Assembly (NCBI GenBank): GCA_035285865.1
Contig: JAYKHS010000028.1
Location: 151,938-215,937 of the forward strand
DNA length: 64,000 bases
Source: Candidatus Sericytochromatia bacterium
GTDB taxonomy: Bacteria > Cyanobacteriota > Sericytochromatia > S15B-MN24 > VGJW01
Reading direction: 5' to 3'
Part shown: positions 40,560 to 48,509 of the stretch, one piece after another
Layout of the letters: each line of letters begins with the position of its first letter
How positions within the stretch are numbered: position 1 is the stretch's first letter
The notes under the pieces: generated by a model
What the model was told of the DNA's origin: nothing
Databases searched by the model: none
Seen by the model: the letters and a program-made list of their open reading frames with translations, nothing else
Made by a program: the position numbers and the translations under genes

Positions 40560-41738
40560 TCAGTTGATGAAGGCGCTGGCCGTTGCCTGATTCAGGTCGG
40601 TGATGCCGAAGTAGACCATGTCGAGAAGACCTGACTCGGGGGGCTGCGCAGGAGCCGTGTAGACACCCTGCTGGTTGATGATGCCCAACTTGCGTCGGTT
40701 CTCGGGGTTGGTGCTGAAGAATTCCGGCTCGGCCTGCGGGCTTGCATTCACCTTGTAGGTGATCTTGGGATTCTGGGGCACGAACTCCGCGTTGTCGGTG
40801 TCGAAGCACTTGCCGACGAAGGTCTGGCTTCCACCGGCGTTGACATCCGCCGACGTCGGCGAGATCGAGAACCTGGAAATGCGCTTGAAGTCAGGCTGCA
40901 GGCTGGCGGTGGCACCGGCGTTCACGAGCTGGATCTTGCCCTTGGTCATGTCACTCTGGACTTGGAACTGCAGCGTCCCTCGGCCCGCATCCGTAAGGCC
41001 ATTCATGACATTCTTCGCCACGACGTTGCCTACCAGAATCTTGAAGGCGTCCGGCGCGTTGGGTTCGAGGATGTCTTCAACGTGCAGCGTGACGAAGAAC
41101 CCCGTGGGACCGGCATCAACAGAAGCCGTGGCGTCAGAACCCACTTGCTCGTAGACTCCCAGCAGGCGCGGTTCGCCGCTGCGGATGAAAGCCAGACGAA
41201 CTTTGTTTCCTGCACCGGGAACGAGGTTGATGTTGGCCGTCGCTTCGGCCTTGAGGTTTCCCATGCCATCTCGATCGTCATAGGCCTTGGCCGTGACCTT
41301 GGCGAAGCCGGTTGGCAAATCCTTGAAGGATGCGTTCGCGGGTGAGGAGGTGTCCGAGTAGAGGTTTATCGATGAGAGCGGGTAATCCACCCCAAACTGA
41401 CGATAGGTGCCGTAGTTAGCCTCGAAGGTCTGGTTGCCGACCGTAACGAAGACTTTGATGGACCCACTCTGGCGAACGGCCAAGGGGAGAGATTGAGCGG
41501 TCCTTGACGTTGGTCTCTGCACGAAGCGGATGGTCAGCTGGGCCGAACGTTCGAGGGAGCCCGGGGCCTGTTCGGTTGCTGGTTCCGTTTCCGGAACCAG
41601 CGCCATGCGCCCGAATGCTCCGGCATCCTGCGTTTCCGGGGCCTGAGCGGGTGGTGTAGCCAGCGTCGTGGCCGCACAGCCCGCAAGCAATGTCGACCAG
41701 AACGGCAATCCGATGCGCATCTGCTTGCCCTGCTTCAC
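40560..41738 (-). CDS. Lipoprotein, cluster family B (RxxQxLP domain + Ig-like domains)
   Basis: Lipobox LAGC; LTIRF..RTAQSLP; ISPTSADV-AG-SQTF and GIINQQGVYTAP (Big-type Ig). Confidence 0.75.
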   Translation of the reverse strand: MKQGKQMRIGLPFWSTLLAGCAATTLATPPAQAPETQDAGAFGRMALVPETEPATEQAPGSLERSAQLTIRFVQRPTSRTAQSLPLAVRQSGSIKVFVTVGNQTFEANYGTYRQFGVDYPLSSINLYSDTSSPANASFKDLPTGFAKVTAKAYDDRDGMGNLKAEATANINLVPGAGNKVRLAFIRSGEPRLLGVYEQVGSDATASVDAGPTGFFVTLHVEDILEPNAPDAFKILVGNVVAKNVMNGLTDAGRGTLQFQVQSDMTKGKIQLVNAGATASLQPDFKRISRFSISPTSADVNAGGSQTFVGKCFDTDNAEFVPQNPKITYKVNASPQAEPEFFSTNPENRRKLGIINQQGVYTAPAQPPESGLLDMVYFGITDLNQATASAFIN

Positions 41739-42361
41739 AGTTCAATCTCCACGGTCAAGCCTGCGGGCTCGGGTGTGGGTTCTGGTGTCGGTGCGAGTGT
41801 CGGTGCCGCAGTGGGCTGAGGGGTAGGATTACTTCCTGGATCCGGAGTAGACGAACCCCCACCACCGGATCCGGGCGTGCCGAACGGAATGGGTGTCGGC
41901 GTCGCGGTGGATCCACCGCCATCCGAGATGGGCGTGTTGAACGGCACGGGCGTTGCTGTTGCGGTGGAGCCGCCGCCACCCGAGATGGGCGTGTTGAACG
42001 GCACGGGCGTGGCTGTTGCGGTGGAGCCGCCGCCACCCGAGATGGGCGTGTTGAAAGGCACGGGCGTGGCTGTTGCGTTGGAGCCGCCGCCGCCCGATAT
42101 GGGCGTGCCGAAGGGCACTGGCGTAGGTGTCGCTGTGGTGCCGCCACCGGCACCATTGTCCCCGACCTTGCCGCCGACGCTGCCATTAGGATTGAAGGTT
42201 GCAGCCGAGCCAGTAGGGGTGGTTGAGGGCTTGGCCGTTGCCGAGGAACGCCTGAAGATTGGCTGCTGAGTAACTGTATCCTCGGCGCACGCCACGATCA
42301 TAAAGGTGGCCGCGACACAGGCGAGCGGTAGAATCCTGCGCCTGGACAGGGTCATCGTCAT
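41735..42361 (-). CDS. Pro/Thr/Gly-rich tandem-repeat lipoprotein (family C)
   Basis: Lipobox IVAC; repeat region; ends GLTVEIEL; GTGA overlap with the next gene. Confidence 0.75.
   Translation of the reverse strand: MTMTLSRRRILPLACVAATFMIVACAEDTVTQQPIFRRSSATAKPSTTPTGSAATFNPNGSVGGKVGDNGAGGGTTATPTPVPFGTPISGGGGSNATATPVPFNTPISGGGGSTATATPVPFNTPISGGGGSTATATPVPFNTPISDGGGSTATPTPIPFGTPGSGGGGSSTPDPGSNPTPQPTAAPTLAPTPEPTPEPAGLTVEIEL
41860..42150 (-). repeat. 57-bp (19-aa) tandem repeat, about 5 copies: TATATPVPFNTPISGGGGS
   Basis: ACGGCACGGGCGT at 41941 recurs at 41998 and, slightly varied, at 42055; diverged copies flank these. Confidence 0.9.
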
Positions 42362-42432
42362 CTTCTTCCCCCGAGTCGAGGTCCCATCGGTACCGTACCC
42401 CGACTCTCCGGCCTTTATGCCTTTCCTGTGGC

Positions 42433-44424
42433 TCAGGGCGCGATGACTGGCGAAACGGTGGCGGTCAGTGCGTGATGGAACGCGATCAGGGCATCCCACT
42501 CGCCGATTGCCGGGCCCGGTCCGTCCGGATCGGTCTTCATGTCCGGAGGTTGCCGCATTTCGGGTGCGATGTTGACTGCCTTGGTGGCGAATCGCTCGTA
42601 GAAATGCACCGCGGAGAACAGGTCCGGTTGGCTGCCATTGTGGAAGTAGGGAGCCGTCTGGGCCACATTGCGCAGGCCGGGAGTCTTGAAGGCCCCCTGA
42701 TCCGTTGCAAGGCCCGTTACGCCACGCCGGCCCGGATCCCCCGTGCCGAACTCGTCGAAGCCGATATTGTGGAACTTGTTGTCGGTGAACAAGGGGCCGT
42801 TGTGGCACGCTGCGCAGTTGGCCTTCCCCGTGAAGATGGCGAGGCCCCTGATCTGGTCTGCCGTCATCGCATTGTCGTCACCCAGCACCCAGCGATCGAA
42901 GGGTGCAGCCGTCGGATTCGGCGTGTTGTCCGGATTGCGACCTGCGGGTGAGACGTGGGCCCGGACATAGGCGGCAACGGCCTTTCGGGCCAGCAGGTCG
43001 TCGGGAGCGGACCCATAGACGGCTTGGAAGTCCTGGACATAGGCGTTGCTGACACGGAGTGTGGCGGTCACGGCATCGCCCGTGGTCGCAAACTCGCGAG
43101 GCCTCGTGAAGACCAGCAGATGCTGGGCCTCGAGTGAGTCGGCACTGCCGTCCCAGTTGAACAGGGTGTTGAACGCCGTATTCCAGATGGTGGGAACGTG
43201 ACGGGGCAGCTCCTTGCCGTCCTTGTCGATGCCCAGCTTGAGGCCGTCTCCCCCTCCCAGGGCATCCTGATGGCAGCTGGCGCAAGACATCTTGCCGTTC
43301 GATGAAAGGGTTGGATCGCCGAACAGACGCTCACCAAGCGCGAACTCCGCGCTCGGTACGGGAGTGATGGCCGGCATCGGCCCCATGTTCCACTGGGCGA
43401 GGTCCGCCCGTCCGAACGCGTGGACCTCGAAAGAGAGGCTGGCTTGCAGCTGGTCATTGCCAAGCCTGACCGCGATGGTTCCGGTGCTTTCGGGGAGCAC
43501 CAGACAACCGCCGCCCTGAACGAACAGTTCCTTCAATCTCAGGTTGGCCCCACAGTCCGCGCCGTTGCAGCGCCTCGACCAGTGAGGCGCCAGCGCCAGG
43601 GGGTCAAGTGGCTTGCCAGTGCTGTCGTAAGCCTTGCCCCGCAGCTCGATGATGCCGCCCGGAGCGTGGGCTGCCGTCTTCAGTACGTCGATGGAGATGG
43701 ATGCGATGCGCGTGATGACGGGTCGATAGGTGTTGGCCTGCCCGGCGACATCCACAGACAGGGTGCCGCTCGTGAAGTCTTCCGGGGGGGTCACGACCAA
43801 GGCGGTATCGCTGCGTGTCGCTATGGCTGAAGGTGGCAGGGGTTGTCCGTTCAGGCGCACTTCGACAGGCAGTCTGCTTGTCCAGCCGAAGCCCTGGCCG
43901 CTGATGCTCAGCTGCTGGCCAGGCAGCGGTTGCTTGGGGTCGACATTGAAAATCGTGACCGGAATGATGTTCTGCAGGGTCAGGACGGCCTGGGTGAGGG
44001 TGTTGGGTTGCACGACCACTTCGGTCGAACCCGTCGCGAGCAGGCCGCCCGAGGCGGACAGTGCCTCGGCCGAGATGGAGACCGTTCCGGGCTCAAGCGG
44101 CTGCAGGCTGCCCGTCGCCAGAGCTTCCGAGCCCTCTCGGACGAGCGTAAGCACCACAGGTGGCCCGCCGGAGCCGTCCCGGGCCTTGAGTGTCAGGGAG
44201 GCAATGTCCGCAGGAATGACCTGAGTCTGGCGTTGCGGCCAGCGCACTCCGACCCGAACCCCGCCTGTCCCCGCCGGAAGGGCCGTACCCGCAGGGTCGG
44301 AAACACGTACGGCCTCCAGGGTCGGGTTGCCGGATGCGGCGGGCAAGCGCGACACCTGACAACCCGTCAGGAGGCTCGAGCCCACCCATGCGACAAGGGT
44401 CAGGACCTGAAGGGCGTTTCTCAT
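42433..44424 (-). CDS. Lipoprotein: family B domain + IPT/TIG + di-haem cytochrome c peroxidase/MauG-family domain
   Basis: Lipobox LTGC; VRWPQRQTQVIP; LGERLFGDP-LS, CASCH, FNWDG, CAACH and FKTPGLRNVA-TAPYFHNG. Confidence 0.85.
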   Translation of the reverse strand: MRNALQVLTLVAWVGSSLLTGCQVSRLPAASGNPTLEAVRVSDPAGTALPAGTGGVRVGVRWPQRQTQVIPADIASLTLKARDGSGGPPVVLTLVREGSEALATGSLQPLEPGTVSISAEALSASGGLLATGSTEVVVQPNTLTQAVLTLQNIIPVTIFNVDPKQPLPGQQLSISGQGFGWTSRLPVEVRLNGQPLPPSAIATRSDTALVVTPPEDFTSGTLSVDVAGQANTYRPVITRIASISIDVLKTAAHAPGGIIELRGKAYDSTGKPLDPLALAPHWSRRCNGADCGANLRLKELFVQGGGCLVLPESTGTIAVRLGNDQLQASLSFEVHAFGRADLAQWNMGPMPAITPVPSAEFALGERLFGDPTLSSNGKMSCASCHQDALGGGDGLKLGIDKDGKELPRHVPTIWNTAFNTLFNWDGSADSLEAQHLLVFTRPREFATTGDAVTATLRVSNAYVQDFQAVYGSAPDDLLARKAVAAYVRAHVSPAGRNPDNTPNPTAAPFDRWVLGDDNAMTADQIRGLAIFTGKANCAACHNGPLFTDNKFHNIGFDEFGTGDPGRRGVTGLATDQGAFKTPGLRNVAQTAPYFHNGSQPDLFSAVHFYERFATKAVNIAPEMRQPPDMKTDPDGPGPAIGEWDALIAFHHALTATVSPVIAP

Positions 44425-44429
44425 CGCGC

Positions 44430-45050
44430 TTACTCCACCACCACGTCCATGGCGGCCTCATCGAGGATGGTCACGGGGATGGTCACGCGCATCCGGCCAT
44501 CGAGGCTCTCGACGATGATGCGGGCCGTGCCCGTCTCATCATCTGCCGCAAAGAGTCCGGGCTCGATCTCGTCCAACTCCACATCCTCGTCCACTTCGAC
44601 CGTGAAGCGCGCCCGGCTATCGATGGCATTGTCGTTCAAGCGGACCTCTGGCACCAATCGGACCATGTGCGGACGAAGCCCCGTGCTTCCCGAACCTGGA
44701 GCAACGCCAAGCTCGATGGCCGTGACACCGTCGTGGTAGGGGGCATCCTCGCCCGCGCCGAGGCGTACCTTGATGCCGGTGGAGAAGATGCCGTCGGGAT
44801 AGCGCTCCGTGTAGGGAGGGGTGGCCGTCGGGATCGGCAGTGCCGAGGACGTCGCGGCGGGCGTTGCGGTCGGTGCGCCAGACGGCTGGCCGAGGGGAGT
44901 CGGCGACGCGGCAGTGCTGCCTGGAGAGGGCAAGACAGTCGACGACGGGACTGGCGATAGCAGGGCTGACGGGACCAGACCTTGGCAGGCGGGCGTCATC
45001 ATGAGCGTCGCGGAGGCCACTCCGACGGCAAGGATGCGCCGTACTTGCAT
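44430..45050 (-). CDS. Pro/Ser/Thr-rich putative lipoprotein with C-terminal Ig-like domain (family C)
   Basis: GGAGG RBS, signal ending TPAC; ends AAMDVVVE. Confidence 0.65.
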   Translation of the reverse strand: MQVRRILAVGVASATLMMTPACQGLVPSALLSPVPSSTVLPSPGSTAASPTPLGQPSGAPTATPAATSSALPIPTATPPYTERYPDGIFSTGIKVRLGAGEDAPYHDGVTAIELGVAPGSGSTGLRPHMVRLVPEVRLNDNAIDSRARFTVEVDEDVELDEIEPGLFAADDETGTARIIVESLDGRMRVTIPVTILDEAAMDVVVE

Positions 45051-45192
45051 CAACCCACCTCCCGAATCAGGACGTGAGGGTTTCGGGTCGGCGGGCGACC
45101 CGGACAGCCCTCGTCTTGCGTGTTCGTCATCGTCACGCACCGCAATAACGACGAGTCAGGAGCCTCGGACGGCATGCGCTCCAGCGACGGCC

Positions 45193-46332
45193 TCATCGTG
45201 CCACCTCGATGTCCACCGTCGCCGTCAAGGGAGGAACGCCCACGACGAAGCCACCACGGGCCACCTTGAGGCATCCCTTGTAGGCGTCCACCACGGATAC
45301 CTGTTGCGTCCCCGCTCCCAAGGCGGTCAAACTGAAGAACTCGTCATCGCCACAATCCAGCTGCACGGGATCGGGATCGTAGCTTGGCAAGGCACCGGTC
45401 AGGCCGTTCGGCGGACGACCCACGGGCTGTCCGAAGGCGTCCAGGAAGGAGACGCTGAAGGTCGCGGTATCTTCGATGCCCATGTAGATGGACTGGGGAG
45501 AGACCGAGACAGAGGCAATGATCTCGATGGTTTCGGGAAGGGTCGCGGTCGAACCCTCGATGTTCAGGACCAGGGAGCCCCCCGTTGCATCCAAGGGTAC
45601 CCGGAACGAGAGCGTATTGTCCGAGGCCCTGCCAAGGGGCGGTTCGCCCGGACGGCTCGCCAGTGCCTCCCCTTCGATGACCTGATCGCCCAGCGTCAGA
45701 CTGTAGCTGGCGCCTCGGCTCGCCCCGAAGCCCGCGCCATCCAGTGTGACGACCTCTCCCCGAAACGCGGTCAGGGGATTGGCCCTCTTGAGCGTCAGCG
45801 GTTGATCGGGCGGGGCCAGGACCACGTGCGCCCGATGTCGGCCATTGGGCTGAAGCCGGACGCGGGTGCTGCCCGACACGACCAGTTCCTTGAGCACATT
45901 GCGGCCTTCGACCACCAAGGTCCAGTCACCGGGTTTGAGTGCGTAGAAGGTCGCTTGGCCGACGGAGCCCACGAGGCGCGGAATGGTGCGACGTTCGACG
46001 GGAACACCGGCTTCGTCTGGCACGACCCGGCATGTCAGTTCTCGAACACCCTCCGGGATGAGCTGGGCCGTTCTGGTCGCAGGCCACCGCACCGACAGCG
46101 TCAGGCTGGCGTTTGTGGTGGCCGGACGAGCTGCGTCAGCCGTTTCCGTGCCGCCGAGTGCGGTCTGGCCGTAGGCCTCGGGAGCAAGGGGGCTGTCGCC
46201 GGGCGTTTCACCTCCCGTGGGCGCGGTGCAGGCCGCCACGAACACGGCAAGGACCAGAGACAAAGCCGAGGCCGTAATCCTAGCCCGGTCGGGGCCCGCC
46301 GAAACGGGGTTGACCGGTGGATAGGGCGCCAA
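45193..46332 (-). CDS. Lipoprotein, family B + IPT/TIG + Ig-like domain
   Basis: Lipobox VAAC; VRWPATRTAQLIP; GEVVTLDGAGFG...LSFRVPLDATGG; ends TATVDIEVAR. Confidence 0.75.
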   Translation of the reverse strand: MAPYPPVNPVSAGPDRARITASALSLVLAVFVAACTAPTGGETPGDSPLAPEAYGQTALGGTETADAARPATTNASLTLSVRWPATRTAQLIPEGVRELTCRVVPDEAGVPVERRTIPRLVGSVGQATFYALKPGDWTLVVEGRNVLKELVVSGSTRVRLQPNGRHRAHVVLAPPDQPLTLKRANPLTAFRGEVVTLDGAGFGASRGASYSLTLGDQVIEGEALASRPGEPPLGRASDNTLSFRVPLDATGGSLVLNIEGSTATLPETIEIIASVSVSPQSIYMGIEDTATFSVSFLDAFGQPVGRPPNGLTGALPSYDPDPVQLDCGDDEFFSLTALGAGTQQVSVVDAYKGCLKVARGGFVVGVPPLTATVDIEVAR

Positions 46333-46346
46333 GGATGAAACCCTCC

Positions 46347-47693
46347 TCAGGGGATGATGGATACCGTGGCCGAAGCCTTGATATTCGAGAAGCCGAACTC
46401 GACGACCTCGCTGCTGCCCGTGGAAACCCCGATGAATTTGCTGGTGTAGGGGGTACCTGGTGCAACCGTGGCACCCGGTGATGGCACGACCGTGGGGGTC
46501 TGGACCTCGAAAGGCGAGATCAGGTAACCGCCCGAGATCGGGTCAATGTAGCTCTTGCCGTAGACCGGCGCCCCCGAGTCGATTTGCTCCCAGCCAAGAT
46601 CGTTGCTCTTGAACTGGAAGACCTTCTCGTAGGCCTGGGCGGCGTACCTTTCCACATTGATGGAGTCCGAGCCGACGCCCATGCTGAAGACGGGAGCGCC
46701 TGGCTTGCCGATGTAGGGTGCAAGATCGATCTCGTCGCTGCCGCTGAACGCCTTGCCGACGAACACGACATCGAAGCTCGAACTGGCCGCGAGAGAGGTG
46801 GTCGCCTGGGGGGTGGCGGACTTCGAGAGCGAGACCGAGGTTGGCGTGATCGTCACTCGGTCGACGCGTGTCGCCGTGTTGGGGCTGCACTTGGTGACAC
46901 CGTTGATGGCCACGCAGAGGGGTTCGTTTCTTCCGAGGTCACCGGGGACCTTGACCGACAACAAGCCTTTGCCGTCCCCAAGCGCCAAGAAGCTACGATT
47001 GGCCGCGCCAATCGGGATACCCGCGTTGTCATTGCCGAAGAAGACCGACATCCCGTTCGCGGCGTCGTCACCCACCCCGTCCAGGCGCGCATTGATGGTG
47101 TCGCCAAGGGCCACCAGTTCAGCGCTCAGCCTGCCGACCTCGTGCACGACGATCGGGATGAGATTCAGCGAGACCTTGGTGTTGACGTTCGGTGCCACCG
47201 TGAACGTGGTGGAGGCGGAGGCCACGACGATGGAGTCCGAGGATACGGCCATGTTGACGGTGTCGTAGCGCGAGTAGGCCACGGCCGACATCGTGGCGGC
47301 ACCGATGGCCACTTGGTCGAAGCTGATCGACGCAGTCGATTCTCCTGCTTTGCGCACGGCGACCTTGGTCAGCGAGACGCTGGGAGAGCCTGACTCGAGC
47401 GTGAAGGCCAGAGCGTTGGTGATGTCCGGAATGACTTGAGTGGTCCGCTCAGGCCAACGAATCTCGAAGGCGATTCGCCCCGAGCGTACCGCTCCGTCCG
47501 AAGGCTGTCCCGTCAGCGTCGGCAACGCACCGCCGCTCGCGCCTTCGGTGGCGGACGTCAGTCGCTGGGCGCTTTCCGGCGACGCGACGCAGGCCCCTAC
47601 GAAAGCCGTGACGGCCAGAGACAAAGCACCGGACAAAACGTGGGCGGGGCGCAAGCGCTTGGGGGTGCGCGACATCAGGTGGTTGTCTCCCAT
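46347..47693 (-). CDS. Lipoprotein, family B + Ig-like domains
   Basis: Lipobox VGAC; IRWPERTTQVIP; ends ASATVSIIP. An alternative ATG lies 18 nt downstream. Confidence 0.75.
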   Translation of the reverse strand: MGDNHLMSRTPKRLRPAHVLSGALSLAVTAFVGACVASPESAQRLTSATEGASGGALPTLTGQPSDGAVRSGRIAFEIRWPERTTQVIPDITNALAFTLESGSPSVSLTKVAVRKAGESTASISFDQVAIGAATMSAVAYSRYDTVNMAVSSDSIVVASASTTFTVAPNVNTKVSLNLIPIVVHEVGRLSAELVALGDTINARLDGVGDDAANGMSVFFGNDNAGIPIGAANRSFLALGDGKGLLSVKVPGDLGRNEPLCVAINGVTKCSPNTATRVDRVTITPTSVSLSKSATPQATTSLAASSSFDVVFVGKAFSGSDEIDLAPYIGKPGAPVFSMGVGSDSINVERYAAQAYEKVFQFKSNDLGWEQIDSGAPVYGKSYIDPISGGYLISPFEVQTPTVVPSPGATVAPGTPYTSKFIGVSTGSSEVVEFGFSNIKASATVSIIP

Positions 47694-48458
47694 CTACCGG
47701 ACCTCGACCGTCACCCGGCCTTCGCCGGAGACTTCGACCGCGAAGCTACGCGTGATGAAACTCTGGACGCCGCCCACCGTGTCGGAAGGCGTCAGCGACT
47801 GCAGCACGATGCTGGTCTTGCCGGGCTTCTTGCCGACCAGGCGCCAGTACTTGCTGGTCCCGCCAAGCGGCAGGACCGCGGCCAACTCGGCTACCGTGAC
47901 GATGCTCGTGTCGTTCGAGACAATCGTCAGATCCTTGTCCAGACGGCCAGGATCGGTGTAGGTGACAAAGGCTTCGATATCCAGTTCCCAACCTTGCTGG
48001 ATGGGCTCGTTGCCTGCCCCCGGATCGACCGATAGAGTGGCGGGTTCCGGCAAGGGCTCGGATTTGCCCTTCGCGGAAACACGAATCGCCGTGGCGAGCA
48101 CCTGACCCACCGGTATGGTCGTCGGTGCAGCGGTCGGGGTCGGTGCAAAGGTCGGCCTGGGGGAAGGCGTCGGCGTCGGAGCCAAGGTCGGAAGCAGACC
48201 GCCGGGGGTGGGGGTCCGGGTGGTCCCGGTGGTGCTGCCAGGAGCGGGTGTCGGCGTTGCCCCGCCGCCTACGTTGCCCCCGGGACCACCCGGAGCCGGG
48301 GTCGGTGTAGGCGTTGCCCTGACGGTACCGGTTCTCGGTGCTGTAGTCGGTTCGTCCGTCGTGGTGGCCACGACGGATGTATCGGCACAGGCCGCCAGCA
48401 GCACCAAGCCCACGGCGGCGTGTCGCATGGTCCGTCGGTATGCGGGATGTCGATGCAT
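47694..48458 (-). CDS. Pro/Thr-rich lipoprotein with C-terminal Ig-like domain (family C)
   Basis: Lipobox LAAC; PTPTP linker; S-DTSIVTV...GKKPGKT-I (Big_2-like); ends GRVTVEVR. Confidence 0.75.
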   Translation of the reverse strand: MHRHPAYRRTMRHAAVGLVLLAACADTSVVATTTDEPTTAPRTGTVRATPTPTPAPGGPGGNVGGGATPTPAPGSTTGTTRTPTPGGLLPTLAPTPTPSPRPTFAPTPTAAPTTIPVGQVLATAIRVSAKGKSEPLPEPATLSVDPGAGNEPIQQGWELDIEAFVTYTDPGRLDKDLTIVSNDTSIVTVAELAAVLPLGGTSKYWRLVGKKPGKTSIVLQSLTPSDTVGGVQSFITRSFAVEVSGEGRVTVEVR

Positions 48459-48509
48459 GGAGTGAGGGCAAGTCCTGTGCTAGGGGGGGCGCGAGGCCCC
48501 CCCGGTGGG

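Noticed and set aside
41860..42150. Possible CRISPR array
   Set aside because: Contiguous in-frame 57-bp coding repeats without unique spacers; no cas genes in the window.
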